A stretch of 62,906 nucleotides of DNA, filler included, from Sanchytrium tribonematis (lineage: Eukaryota): the NCBI GenBank assembly GCA_018985235.1. It is 11 parts of 11 records of this genome, joined end to end, with 100 filler letters (N's around TTAATTAATTAA, not from the genome) between each part and the next. Parts side by side here need not be neighbours in the genome. Positions count along the whole stretch, not along the records: positions 1 to 19,640 come from JADGIG010000101.1; positions 19,741 to 22,272 come from JADGIG010001029.1; 9 more parts are not named here. One strand, 5' to 3'. The notes beneath the pieces were generated by a model, which worked only from the letters and a program-made list of their open reading frames with translations, made no database searches and was not told where the DNA came from. Shown here piece by piece: positions 10,901 to 21,823 of the stretch (position 1 is its first letter; the number at the start of each line of letters is the position of its first letter). Made by a program: the position numbers and the translations under genes.

Positions 10901-11205
10901 GGCTTTTGATCAAGCTTAATTTCGAAGACAAGCTTTTCACAATCCAAACAAAATATTGTTTTCCCAGTTGTATATATCAACATCTTTGGATCAGAGTGAG
11001 CTAGTTGTATTGGGTTTGAATGATACAATTTATAGCTTTCTTCCACTTTTTTATATAGTCCATTTTTCGTTGCAATAAATGTTTTATTCATTGCCAAAAT
11101 GTCAGACTTGAGATCGAGTGTAAGTTTTTGGTTCGTATTCAAGTCAAATCTCTCAAGGCTGCAACCATTCGCCTGCCAAACAATATTTTCAATCTTCAAA
11201 AACAT
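7999..11205 (-). CDS. Large hypothetical protein, probable N-terminal beta-propeller plus helical solenoid
   Basis: 1068-aa uninterrupted ORF; beta-rich N-terminus, Leu-rich helical remainder; family not recognised. Confidence 0.6.
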   Translation of the reverse strand: MFLKIENIVWQANGCSLERFDLNTNQKLTLDLKSDILAMNKTFIATKNGLYKKVEESYKLYHSNPIQLAHSDPKMLIYTTGKTIFCLDCEKLVFEIKLDQKPDHIFVIGGIYKTLLVLVGLQIKLYKSTICVNTGILSLKNQKIVSATELVVVIGRTMYDLESLIPIYQFDKELSCFSYENRIYKYFNQNANSVAGSLNIELMKLQYNLLSNDFCVYFVDKLKLDEVIEFDISDGLILLKTPKLIKVINLESPAILTDSAILEDSDPNIECIKSLLANVCYNGPVELQFPKQFIKYLKNNSYFKELIQLLELYKQLSETSSFIDLDNIISYNSIFESLLNNHDILADSESLLKYLLLNSDYEYVLNVVSAKINSLSFDSRVKLLKIVRISYFDDLKHYSINEKSTTDYSFSKYIQLIAKQNNFHSLDEMLILIEIMEIFKFQVQASGIFELLSLIMIRYCQDGKLSEFIFIFDNNHLDIYLQITIDDIVMESLRYDDMLLHLPDFSNIHLSQKTIEEVKKWQLQEPRNLSHLSQLQSEIEEDIDDNVFIDAYEQCEFLDPIFQMNLVSAAFQFRNDDKIKKFQSPEYPIYTESLKINHLLTSKQFSYIKPEIPQLLLCHILTSDPDWTFSEILSYFVNVFLVHCDKSLLFWMNILEICTQFEANISLNDESSLDIRLVVQDCLDATAEMPYLFNLFKEEKFYVLSSRLSQLLNISSDLKNVYSFNESLYNHYINCSNYVGCLQLLHCASFDMQDWIKDQYLLIFTNLSSNLETLRNFIENPYLSKMIDVSSLNINDPCLNSVIDFKECSQLIEIHQKFMKFSKILTSFNYPDYIKSRGLLWQVHVLKPERYLSQQSEKFTQLIDCMDNLEFSIAFLASKLDSMPLGPEKFQFTKYFLNFFQQFESSGKLDVAYSKIQKKCAQIQADYYLQKLHLLDIKAMQSDLLLNYWFSNVKRIKTRFQLQTIHFVLKLLLREKLNTMKDFDILELMNARFLVGLILSMDLTEGKHPIFDFLRTSDERILDEYIFLTRTKKCGLNLTDSDLLSMEKTTLIKMLAKKQMHDRIKQLQ

Positions 11206-11227
11206 AATTTATAAAACTGGGAGTCAG

Positions 11228-13537
11228 ATGATATTTTCGGAAGTCAACTTGCCTTCAATATACCCGAAATCATCCAGAGCGGATTGCCAATTTCAAGTAC
11301 TTAGACAAGGCTCTGAAATAGGAAGGGCAGATACAATTCTAATAGGTCAAAATGGAAGCAACATCAATGCATTGCATCTTTTTCAAGGTATCTATTCTTG
11401 GACTGAGAATAGATTATGTCTGGATTTCGTTACTCAAGAAGAATTTGTGATTATTACATGTGCAGAAGAAGATTTAGAGAAGGCAGTAATTATTATGTGT
11501 AGATTAAAATTGCAAAAATATATTTCTACGATGCAGCAAAGATTTAATTCATTTGGTTTTCCAACCAATTTAAATTTTGATGCAGATGCAACCAGTTCCA
11601 ACAATTTTGATCCTGATTATGCAACATCCGGGTATTTAATGATGAATTATGCCAGATTTGGTAATTGCCCAGTTTTAATGATAAGGATTATATGTTCCCT
11701 TTTCTTGAGCAATTCATTTGATAAATTTTTGGCAATGGTGAGAAATTTGTATGAAATTTTGAAAAATACTGATAAAGGAAATGTGTTGATGAAGACCATA
11801 TTGAATTACATATATGATCATTATTCAGAAAAGCACTTGTTTTTGTATCAGTTATACAAGAGTAATTTTGAATTAGAAGATCTACCGATTAAAAAAAGAC
11901 AATTCCCATGGTATGAAAAATTATGTCAACAGTTTTCCACCAATTCTGATATCAATCTTTCAAAAAGCAAATTAATAGTTGCCGCTGTTTTTTATGGGTT
12001 TAAGTCAAAACTGTACGCAAAGTCGATTGATATGGCTCAAGAGTATTGCGATTTGTACGGACAATTATCTGATGACACCACCATCCATCTTTTATTTAAA
12101 ATGTCATGTAGTTATTGGGAGTTGGGCCGGAAGAATGAAGCTAGCTGCATTGCAGTCCAAATTGTGTCAGTGGTGCGTTTCCCGGAAATGACCACAAAAT
12201 TATTTCAGATAATATTGGATACTGGAGTAATCGACGGTAATCCCATCGTACCAGTAGTTAATCAGGCAGATCTGACGTTTTATAAGGAGAACAAACTTGA
12301 CATGCTTGTCAAGCTAACTCTTTTATATAGTGAACTTCAGTTTCACGATGACTTCAACTCATACTTTAAAAAATACATTCAAGATCAAACCTGTCGCGCG
12401 AGAGATGTTAAATTAAAGAAAATGAAATTCTACATTAAACCAAAAGTTTATAAGTCAGGAAATATTATAATTGAGGCTCTTGCTTGCTTTCAGAGTCATA
12501 TCTATTTAAATTTTGATTCTCTAGGGATTTTCTTGGGAGACGTATTTGTCAATGTAGAAAATGTTAAAATTCAAGGTCCTTGTAAAGATCAATTGCAATT
12601 AAGAGGTGAAAATGTTGGTGTGGGATTTTATCAGGTCAATTCTGTTGTCGCAAAATTAAAGAATGCTGAAATTCATTTTACTTGCGATCCAGCTGATATT
12701 CGCGTGGAAAAATTTGTTGAGAAAAGTCCAATACTTCTTCATTTTGATCAAGTGGCTTTGCAAGAACAATTTAGACACTCAATTGATAATTTTAAAGATT
12801 ACAAAATCTTGTCATCTTCGCATTCGTCTGGCATTTTAGATTTCGATTGTTATGTTGAAGAATGTTCGCTTATCATATCATTTATCCCCAACAATCACGG
12901 GTCTAATTTCTTTGAGATTTATTATGGTAACTCTGAATCCTCGTTTCGTTTATACCATCAATTCACAGCAATAGTTGCTCTGAGTTGTACAGTGGATTTT
13001 GTCTTTTGTGGAGACGCTTTATTTTTTTTAAACTTTAAAAACAGGTCAAGCAATGATGTCGAGATAAAATGCGAATATGATATCTCAGGAGAGTCTCTTT
13101 TACTCAAAAGTACGTTAGAAGGCTCCCTTCCGTGTCATTATGAAGAGATTCCATCCGCCATCACATATTTTTGGAAAAGTTGTGGAAATGAGAGATGGAT
13201 TTCTACCAATGTTCCAATTTTGGTAGCGAATGATTTGTATACATATATAGACTCCATCGGAATTGTTCAACCAGGCCAAATATTTGATATAAAATATTGG
13301 GTATTTAATATGACGGGCAAGTCCACTGGCGTGGTGGACTTTGTGTTTCCTGATGGGCCTTTTACCCTTGTTAGTGGTCTGCGCAATTTCAGCGATGAAA
13401 TCAAAGATAGAAAATTAAAATGCTACAGATACTCTGCAATGATAGAAGAAACCGGTAGCTATATAGTACCTTTGATCCAAATGGAAAAGCTTAAATTTTC
13501 GGATTTCGAAATATTATGTTTGTACCCAGAAAAATAA
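11228..13537 (+). CDS. Probable large TRAPP subunit (TRAPPC11/Gryzun or TRAPPC10-like)
   Basis: Long ORF, likely ATG 11228; C-terminal Ig-like pattern GQIFDIKYWVFN...FTLVSGLRNF...YRYSAMIEETGSYIVPLI resembles TRAPPC10/11 C-termini. Confidence 0.45.
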   Translation: MIFSEVNLPSIYPKSSRADCQFQVLRQGSEIGRADTILIGQNGSNINALHLFQGIYSWTENRLCLDFVTQEEFVIITCAEEDLEKAVIIMCRLKLQKYISTMQQRFNSFGFPTNLNFDADATSSNNFDPDYATSGYLMMNYARFGNCPVLMIRIICSLFLSNSFDKFLAMVRNLYEILKNTDKGNVLMKTILNYIYDHYSEKHLFLYQLYKSNFELEDLPIKKRQFPWYEKLCQQFSTNSDINLSKSKLIVAAVFYGFKSKLYAKSIDMAQEYCDLYGQLSDDTTIHLLFKMSCSYWELGRKNEASCIAVQIVSVVRFPEMTTKLFQIILDTGVIDGNPIVPVVNQADLTFYKENKLDMLVKLTLLYSELQFHDDFNSYFKKYIQDQTCRARDVKLKKMKFYIKPKVYKSGNIIIEALACFQSHIYLNFDSLGIFLGDVFVNVENVKIQGPCKDQLQLRGENVGVGFYQVNSVVAKLKNAEIHFTCDPADIRVEKFVEKSPILLHFDQVALQEQFRHSIDNFKDYKILSSSHSSGILDFDCYVEECSLIISFIPNNHGSNFFEIYYGNSESSFRLYHQFTAIVALSCTVDFVFCGDALFFLNFKNRSSNDVEIKCEYDISGESLLLKSTLEGSLPCHYEEIPSAITYFWKSCGNERWISTNVPILVANDLYTYIDSIGIVQPGQIFDIKYWVFNMTGKSTGVVDFVFPDGPFTLVSGLRNFSDEIKDRKLKCYRYSAMIEETGSYIVPLIQMEKLKFSDFEILCLYPEK

Positions 13538-13554
13538 ATGAAATTTTTCAAACA

Positions 13555-14379
13555 ATGTTTTTTTCTCAACAATATCGAGTATTTGGATTTGATTTGCTTC
13601 CTGGAGACCGATCCAGTTTAAATTACGGTGGGAAGATAATTCTGCCTCATAGTGCTTTAATGCGCCTTCAAAACTTTTTTGGAAGTGCTATGTTTTTCAA
13701 AATAGAGTCAAATCAATTAAGCACTTATGCCGGTGTGCTAGAATTTATTGCGGAAGAAGGCAGAGTCTATCTACCCAATTGGATGTTTAAGCAATTTAAT
13801 ATACAGCAAGGTCATATTGTGAGAGTTACAATGGAAGATTTGCCAAAAGGAAAATTTGTAAAGTTAAAACCACAATCAGTTGATTTTTTGGATATAAGTG
13901 ATCCTAAAGCCGTTTTAGAGAATGCTTTTCGTCATTATTCCTGTTTGACCACAAACGACATTGTGGAATTTGAATACAATCGCAAGTCTTATGCAATCAA
14001 AATAACCGAGTCAAATCCCAGTCAAGCAATCAGCATCTTAGAAACTGATCTCGAAGTGGATTTTGAGGCACCTGAGGGATACGTGGAACCAAAAAAAGAA
14101 GTCAAATTACCACACCACGCTCATTTTAATACTCATGCAACGCTTTTAAATAGTCATCCAGAAATCCTCGATAAAATGTTGAATAGTGGGAATAAAATTA
14201 AAGAGAGAGAGCAAAAGCCAACGAAGTGGTCTGCAGAGCTTCTAGAGAAGGCGCAACAGCAAAAGTTGGCCCTGGATTTACCACTTACAAGTATTTTTAC
14301 AGGATATATTATAAATCGATCTGAAGAAGATAAATCCTTGGATCATACCTTTAAAGGAAATGGATACCGTTTAAAATAA
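13555..14379 (+). CDS. UFD1: Ubiquitin fusion degradation protein 1
   Basis: NYGGKIILPHSAL, GVLEFIAEEGRVYLPNWM, FLDISDPKAVLE, ETDLEVDFEAPEGYVEP, C-terminal SHP box FKGNGYRL. Confidence 0.95.
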   Translation: MFFSQQYRVFGFDLLPGDRSSLNYGGKIILPHSALMRLQNFFGSAMFFKIESNQLSTYAGVLEFIAEEGRVYLPNWMFKQFNIQQGHIVRVTMEDLPKGKFVKLKPQSVDFLDISDPKAVLENAFRHYSCLTTNDIVEFEYNRKSYAIKITESNPSQAISILETDLEVDFEAPEGYVEPKKEVKLPHHAHFNTHATLLNSHPEILDKMLNSGNKIKEREQKPTKWSAELLEKAQQQKLALDLPLTSIFTGYIINRSEEDKSLDHTFKGNGYRLK

Positions 14380-14424
14380 AGTTTCGAATTATTTAAAATT
14401 GTAAAATCATGGGGAATTTGTTTG

Positions 14425-14952
14425 ATGCTATCAAAAATATTTAGATTAAATTGTTTAAAATGCCATTCGAATTTGCCACATCCATTTGTTTTTTGTGGAC
14501 AATGTAAAGAATTACAGAATATTCCTAACCTTAATTACTTTGAGCTATTTGCAATAAAGCCTGAGATTCAAAATCCGGCAAATCTTAAACAAAAATACAG
14601 AATTTTGCAATCCCTAAGTCATCCAGACCGACACAATAATGAGGATAGTGCTCAAAAAATGTCGTCATTTGTGAGTAAGGCATTTGACATTTTATCGGAT
14701 CCATTCTTGAAAGCTGAATATGCTTTAAAACTTAAAAATGTTGTTATAACGGACTTCGACTCCGTCCCTCAGTGCTTTCTGATGCAGGTTATGGAACTGA
14801 ATGAAAATGACGATATTGATGTTCTTGATGCCCAAATATTAGATTTGAAAAACTCGTTTTGGTCAGAATACAAGGCGGGAAATTTTATTAACGCAAAAGA
14901 TGTGCTTCTAAGGTGGAAATTCTTAAACTCCATCAAGTCGAAATTTGCCTGA
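14425..14952 (+). CDS. HSCB: Fe-S cluster co-chaperone HscB/Jac1
   Basis: N-terminal CxxC...CxxC, NYFELF, J-domain HPD, KAEY, FLMQVMELNE. Confidence 0.85.
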   Translation: MLSKIFRLNCLKCHSNLPHPFVFCGQCKELQNIPNLNYFELFAIKPEIQNPANLKQKYRILQSLSHPDRHNNEDSAQKMSSFVSKAFDILSDPFLKAEYALKLKNVVITDFDSVPQCFLMQVMELNENDDIDVLDAQILDLKNSFWSEYKAGNFINAKDVLLRWKFLNSIKSKFA

Positions 14953-15025
14953 GTATACTGTATCAAGTTCAAGCTTCACTTTTTCACAATAAATCATGTG
15001 GTAATATTCGTAGGCTGAAACGAAT

Positions 15026-16105
15026 ATGACAAATTCGGAAATTTTACATTCCAATTTTCCAACCGAAAGGGAAGTAAATCCTACAAAATTTGATCACTTA
15101 ATGAGTGAGTGGAGGGAAGTTTTAAATAATTACTTCGACCAACACCAAAAAAAGCTTGTTTTCGATTGCAATAACATACGTAATGATTTGAATTACCCAG
15201 GATTATATACTGCTCTAGATGATTTTTTGGGAAGGCAGGTTCTGATACACAGCTATCAATTGCCCTATTTTTGTGACTCATTTTGGAAATTTTTCAGATT
15301 TGTATTTTGCAAAGCATATATTGCAGAATATCGTAAAGATCATTTAGAAGGTAATTTGATACATATTGAAAGAATCAGATCTTTAGAAAAAGAAATCAAA
15401 ATGAAAGCTGGCTTTGACCGGTCTTCCAAATTATTTTTGCTAGCAGAATTTAATCAATTTATATCCAAATATACAAATGATGTAGATTTTTTCATCAGAT
15501 ATCTTCATGCGAACAAGAGCATTAATATAAAAGGAAATTTAATTAAATTCGGGAGTGAACCAATTATAAATGCTGATACCCAGATTTTGACTGTCAAGAC
15601 AACTCTGAGCACACTTAATAGACATGTTGAAAAGCTAGAACATGACATCTTAAACATAACAGATCTAATCTTACAAAATAAAACAAACAAGTCAAAAGCC
15701 CTAACTCTGTTGAAAAAGAAAAAACAATATCACATCTTACTGCAGCAAAAATTTACCACTATTGAAACCTTGGAAAACATCTTACTGAAAATCGATAACT
15801 GTGAAACCGAAAAACAGATAATGGATGCATACCAAAACGGTTCCTCAGTAATCAAAAATACTATGAAAGAATACGGACTTACCGTTGAAAATGTTCAAAA
15901 CGCTGTTGAACTTGCTCAGGATACTATTATGGACTCAGAGGAAATTCAGCAAGCATTACCGTCTGTAGAAATCGATGAGGACATAGAAAGGGAGTTTGCT
16001 CAAATTTTGAAAGATTTTGAATTAAAACCAAGCCTGCCAGCAGTACCAACTGAAATCATAGAATCTTCCTACAATGATCAGATTAAAAATCTGGTTCCTC
16101 AATAA
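15026..16105 (+). CDS. CHMP7: ESCRT-III related CHMP7/Chm7
   Basis: Extended N-terminal region followed by a Snf7 core (ALTLLKKKK...LENILLKID...IMDAYQNG). Confidence 0.75.
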   Translation: MTNSEILHSNFPTEREVNPTKFDHLMSEWREVLNNYFDQHQKKLVFDCNNIRNDLNYPGLYTALDDFLGRQVLIHSYQLPYFCDSFWKFFRFVFCKAYIAEYRKDHLEGNLIHIERIRSLEKEIKMKAGFDRSSKLFLLAEFNQFISKYTNDVDFFIRYLHANKSINIKGNLIKFGSEPIINADTQILTVKTTLSTLNRHVEKLEHDILNITDLILQNKTNKSKALTLLKKKKQYHILLQQKFTTIETLENILLKIDNCETEKQIMDAYQNGSSVIKNTMKEYGLTVENVQNAVELAQDTIMDSEEIQQALPSVEIDEDIEREFAQILKDFELKPSLPAVPTEIIESSYNDQIKNLVPQ

Positions 16106-16110
16106 ATTTA

Positions 16111-18022
16111 CTATGACATCATCGTGCCTTCAAAATGCTCGAGACATGTCTTAACACGCCCTCGAACATCTGCGTCAGGATCAGATAAATGAGACCTTAA
16201 CTTTTCAGAGAACCCGTATTGGCGAAGCTTTTCTGTTCTTTGAAAGCTTTCCTGCTCTTCTTGCCATGTCAAATTAATGACTGCCCACACTGCAGCAACC
16301 CTAATACTAGGCTGCTCGTGGGATATATAATTATAAAGCGCTTGTATTAATATTTCAGAAGATAGGATTGCAGATTTGTGTGTATAATTACCAGTTGCAA
16401 CATTTACGACTACATAGAGAGCCTGTTGTAAAACTGGAGTGCTGACATTTCTAACTTTGGTTTCCAATATTTGGATGAATTTTGAAGCACCTATGCCATT
16501 AAATACATCTTCTATATCCTAAATAAATCAAAATTACCTTTTCCTCCATACAAGCCAAATTACGTATTAAATTCAACGCGTGTTCCTGTACCTGTGGATC
16601 GTCCTCAAGTAAATTAGTAAGATTTGAATATGTGAGGCAAGCCATAACTCGCCTTTTTAGGTCCGTTTTAGATTGGTATACTAAATTTTTCAAAGCCCAT
16701 ATTGCATTTAATCGTAGCTTTGAATTTTTGGACTTTGATAATTCAACTAGCTTTTCAATTCCTCCATTATCAGTGACCTCATCTTTGACAGGACTAAAAT
16801 CCAAAACAATATTACAAAGTGTGGCGCAAGCTGATATTTGAACCTCTTCACTCTGATCCATGAGCAACTTTAAAATCGACTTAACTATATTTGCATCGAC
16901 GAGAGCAGTCCTGAGTGTTTTGACTGATCTAGAAAGACTTCTGGTGAGCTGACATGCAGCAGATCTAATAGATGTTCTACTGCATTCTAAAAGTCTAGAA
17001 ATGACCGATAATACTTTTGTATCAATAACACGCTTCCTACAATCCTCTCTCAAACTCGCAATTGCAGCCAAAGCTGTCAGACTAGCCTCCACATCTAGCA
17101 TTGTAGAATCTGAAGAGTCCTCTGTCCAAGTTCGAACTACGTCACTCAATTTCGGAATTGCTTCTGCTTCAGAAGCATTTTTCTGTAAATCTTCATTCCC
17201 GGCGGTGAGGTATGCTAAAACAAAAGCGGCTTTATACCCAACCTCAGTTGGAAGTAGTTTGACTAAAGTTGGCAACACTATCAAGTGTATATCTTTTGTA
17301 ATATTACTTGCCACATTTGTCGCAAACAAATTGACGATACAAGAACAAACTATAAGCTTATCGCTGTGATTTTTCATGGTTTTTACCAAAGTCAAGAGCA
17401 ACTGTATTAAATCTGTTTCTCGTTGATTTACTATGAGCTTCAAGCCAATTACGTACTTGGAAATATCTTCATTTTCTTTAATAACCGCTGCAAGGGCCTG
17501 AAGACAGGTAGATATTAGTTTCATATTATCCGATGAAAGTAGCTGTATCATTTTGTCTATGCCTCCACTTTCTGCAACAATATGCTGGTGCTGTTTCGAT
17601 CTACAAATTTTTGATAGTAATTCACAAAGAACTAAGCTCAATTTGAATGACGAACCTGTCTGAGACAATTGTAAATTATCGACGATGCTAAGAATGTTGG
17701 CTTGATTAATTGGAAAATTATGAGTGTCATAGATGCTACGCAGGCATTTGGCGCTGGCCACTTTGGTCTCTTTATTATCTACTTTGACAAATAAATCCCA
17801 AATCATTTCTGTTGCCTCGTACGAAATTTTAGCTTCTGGCATTAATAAACAAGATGAAATAAATATCAGAGTGTGTTGCAATAAATTTGGGGCTTTTTGA
17901 TTTTCTAAAGTTTTAAGCAAAGCATCAAATGTTCCATTATTAATGTATTTTAGCTTTTCAAATGGATTTCCTATGACCTTATTGCGAAGGCTTTTAATTT
18001 CTTTCTCATTTAAAATCTCCAT
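16111..18022 (-). CDS. ARMC8: Armadillo repeat protein ARMC8/Gid5 (GID/CTLH complex); two exons, intron 16519-16537
   Basis: LRNKVIGN, SLSRSVKTLRT, LCNIVLDFSP, LRLNAIWALKN; removing the 19-nt intron fuses ORFs 16499-18022 and 16111-16467 (MEEK|DIEDVF...LETKV). Confidence 0.9.
16519..16537 (-). other. 19-nt spliceosomal intron GTAATTTTGATTTATTTAG
   Basis: GT-AG; removal joins the two ARMC8 ORFs in frame. Confidence 0.9.
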
Positions 18023-18052
18023 GTGACAAAATTTATTATCTATGGTTTAAAT

Positions 18053-19640
18053 TTACTCAGACATTGTTGACGCTGTATCCCATTCAGAGTCCTCTTGAAG
18101 TTTATCAAAATTAAATTCCTCTGTTTTACATTCAAACTGTAGACTACGAAACAATTTCAATTGATTCTGAAGCTTAGCTGTTTGAAGAACAATAGTAATC
18201 GTTGATTCCATTGAAAATAATGGTAGCACATACTTTTTTAACATTTCTATAACGTCTGCTTTTTTGATTGACGGTAAACCTTCTATCGATTTTGACAAAC
18301 GATTTTTTGACGATTTTAACAAAACGGTGCGTTGAAAGCACTTAGCAGCTGCGCTTGCGAAAGTTTTCTCTTGCCGGACTTGGGAATATATTAGCGATGC
18401 TTTGGCGCCCTGAAAATGCTCATCCTCCAGTAGAGAGGGGTTATTTATATATTCAGTAACAATATTTTTACAAGCTAGATATGCATTGAATGGATCCACA
18501 CATTCCAAAATGTACAATTCTAAAAGAGAAGCTTCCACGGATCTATTTATACTACATCCATACGCTAAACCTGCTCCTCGAACTTTTCTCCAAAAAGGAC
18601 CTTCTGTCGCCTCCAGTATTTCCAAAGCTAAGGAGAGAGCCAATCTTTCGAATGAATCTAGGTGGTTTTTAAGTGAGTAGGATGCGTATAAGTAACCAGA
18701 GTCTACCACTTTGGGTGCGTAAAAGATACACTTTCCCTTTTGCAAAATTAAAAATTCTTTGTCTTTCACGGACCTTAACTCATTCGAAGCCTTGTTATTC
18801 TTAAATTTTGTAAAACTATTTAAAGCTATCTTAGAAGGCTCAGGACTTCCCTGGAAATGGAAATATGCATCGGATCCTTGTAAATTTAACAGCAAGGTTG
18901 TTAGATCCAAAATAATATCATCAGCTGGCTTCGCAAGTAGATTTGAAACCACATGGTGTTGATTAAATAACGAAAATAAAGGCCTATTCGATTTTTTAGA
19001 AAAGTTTCTATATTGAAATAAAGAATCGACCAAGTATTGGCCATCTCTTTTTAAATTTGACAGTTCCTTTTTCATTTTCTCAAGTGCGCTGTTGATACGC
19101 TCTTGATTTAAATGAAGATTAAACAGATTTTTGTATGCCCAATTAACTCCTTCATTGACCATCTCTTTTCGAACTCGAAGTCGAATATCTAAATATTCTC
19201 CAAAAAATCCTGGTTTGAACGATTCCGAATGCAATCCGCAGCCAACACCAAATTCTAAAGTTTGATCTTCTAAAGAGTTCAAAACTTCCTTTAAAGGAAT
19301 GACTTCTCCATTCAAATAGAGTTCACAATTAAATATTAAAAAAGTCAGCAAAGGCAAAAGTTGCTTGTACTTAAGATCAATTGACGAAGTGTCTATCATG
19401 ATCCGAATAGAACAAAATTCGCTTTCATATACATCCAATTGTGCAAAACCGCGAAAATCAATTGAAATTCCATCTACATAATCTTGCAAAGCATTGTTTT
19501 CAAGTCTATAGACAGAAGGAAATCTAGCAGTTTCTATTTTATAGGGTTTCACACTTAAAGTTACATTGGGAAAACTCTCAAAAAGAGACTGAGGTACAGG
19601 CCTTTCATTATTCTTAATAGCAGATTTTAATTCTTCAGCA
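18053..19640 (-). CDS. M16C-type metallopeptidase-like protein, C-terminal part (5' truncated by contig end)
   Basis: EGPFWRKVRGAGLAYG motif of PreP/M16C-like proteins; frame open to the gap. Confidence 0.75.
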
Positions 19641-19740
19641 NNNNNNNNNNNNNNNNNNNNNNNNNNNNNNNNNNNNNNNNNNNNTTAATTAATTAANNNN
19701 NNNNNNNNNNNNNNNNNNNNNNNNNNNNNNNNNNNNNNNN
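19641..19740. other. Artificial contig spacer (44 N + TTAATTAATTAA + 44 N); identical spacers at 22273-22372, 24901-25000, 27527-27626, 30148-30247, 32756-32855, 35362-35461, 37966-38065, 40567-40666, 43167-43266
   Basis: Identical 100-nt blocks with a linker giving stops in all six frames; intervening contigs decrease from 2532 to 2500 nt. Confidence 0.98.
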
Positions 19741-20248
19741 CACTCAAAACAAATTGCCTAAATATGATGCAATTGATAAGTTTGATTGTTTTATATCTTA
19801 TACTGATTAATCTGTTCTGATTTTTTCAAAGTCAATTTTATGGAAGGGGTATGCCCATAATTCAATTTTGACTTAAGGAAATGATAGATATGTAAGATTT
19901 CCATATAGTGCATCTTAATTTGGGTAAATCGAAGAAAAAGACATTTGAAGTACTTTGGATGAGTCATTTTGACTCGATTCTCCCCGTGTTTGCTCCCTTG
20001 TTCTTTTGAGTTTCTAAACAAAATGCATGTGATTATGCTTTTGAACTCATTGTTCAATGTATAAATACAGTAAGTTTAATGCAGCATAAATAATTTATTC
20101 TTTCGCGACGGTTGGAAATGGGACAAATGGAGGGGTAATTTACTTCATTTAGATTTCAATGAGTCACCTGGATTGTAGCTGTCTGTGGGGGGAGAGTATT
20201 ATGATTTTTTTCCACCCTCCTGGATGCATGATATACGGATTGAATGAG

Positions 20249-21750
20249 CTAAAGAAGCCAAACAAGTACAAATACTGTGTAATAAAAGGGGATTTGAGTG
20301 ATTTTTGACTGGTTTGCAAGTGATGCAAACAATTTTGCACTTTGTTGAAGTCGCAGAATGGATCTTCGAACAGTTACTGCATCAATAAATTCATTATGCT
20401 TATAAAAAAAGGGTTCTATGTTAATAAAACAATTTACTAAATAGTCTCTCCCTATATTGTTTTGGCGGCGTCTTGAGATCCATAAACACTCTCTCAAATG
20501 GTCTAGTTACCTGAGGAAATTGTAATTGTATTCCCAGATTCTCTGGCATTTTTGAACGTATACAAACGACTGATGCTTTCGAACTGGGATTTATTAATTA
20601 GATACTTGGAATTTTGCTTCTCCAAGAACCTACATTCCAACAACAACTCATCTAAAGCCAAAAGCACTGTATTAGAATGTTCTTGATGTTTTGGAATCCG
20701 TTTAAATGGTAAATGGTCAACTTTGTTGAGCATTTCTTTGCTAGAAACTTCTCCACCAGCATTTCCCCCAATTTTTAGCATGAAAGGAGGTAAATTGCGA
20801 GACAATACATCGGAAGGGTTTTTAGTTCCCTTAACATATACAATTTCAAAATCAAAAACAGCCATTCTTAGACACCAACGACCTAACCTGCCGAATTGTG
20901 GATTATGAAACAGCCATTTAAGTGAAATCATGTCAGAATATACGATGACTAGTGCACCAATGAGGTAGTATTTGAAATGCTCAAGTCTCAGAAGAATGGC
21001 ATATGCTTCAAGCTCATACGATTTATATTTTCGTTCCAAAGATGTAAACTTACGGCTTTCATATCCAATGGGTTGATGATTTTGCATCAAAACAAAACCC
21101 GCAGCTTCACCAGACGCATCAACATAAAGGTCAAACGGCTGTCCGAATTTGGGCTGAACTAATTGTAGATTTCTAGAGATTTCTTTTTTTATTGTATCAA
21201 ATGCTAGCTGCATTTCGCCAGTTCATATAAATGACTCGTTTGTTTTGGATATTGGTCAATGGAAGAACAATTCGAGAATACTCTGGAACAAAATCTTTGT
21301 TGTAAACACACAATCCCAGAAATGACTTCAAGGATAAGAAATTCTTCGGTGCAGCCATTTGTGTGATTTTCTCAATCTTTTCTAACTGCATAGTAATACC
21401 CGTACCACTAATGGTGTGTCCCAGCCAGATTACTTCCTCCATTCCAAACACTTTGACAACTTACAATTCATATGAAATTTTGACAATCTTTCCAACACTC
21501 TGTCCAAGCGGTCACGCAATTCTGCAACAGTATCCGCATAAATCAGTATATCGTCGATGTAATTGCAAAGTATATCACTCAGACCATCTAATATATTATC
21601 CATTAATCTCTGATTTTCCTCCGATCCACTTGCGACGCCAAATGGCAATACAGTGAATTGCTTTAATCCCAACGGAGTATTTATAATGTTATACTTTTGA
21701 TATTCAGCCCAAATCATCACTTTCAAACCACCGGGCAACACCTTGGGCAC
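20249..21750 (-). mobile_element. Decayed Ty3/Gypsy LTR retrotransposon pol fragment (RT and RNase H), frameshifted
   Basis: TPLGLKQFTVLPFGV, YIDDILIY, WLGHTIS, LKSFLGL, YVDAS...PIGYESRK...ELEAYAI...GRLGRW...SDVLSR across three frames. Confidence 0.9.
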
Positions 21751-21787
21751 TAGATTGGTTTTAATTGGATGTCTACTTTCTGGTTAA

Positions 21788-21823
21788 TAGCCATCAATGT
21801 AGCCACCAATATAGCCACTAAAT
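21788..21823 (+). repeat. Imperfect 12-bp tandem repeat x3 (TAGCCAYYAAWN)
   Basis: tagccatcaatg tagccaccaata tagccactaaat. Confidence 0.7.

Noticed and set aside
11099..11227. Apparent 107-nt overlap between divergent genes
   Set aside because: The upstream ATG 11099 lies inside the antisense CDS; ATG 11228 is the more plausible start.
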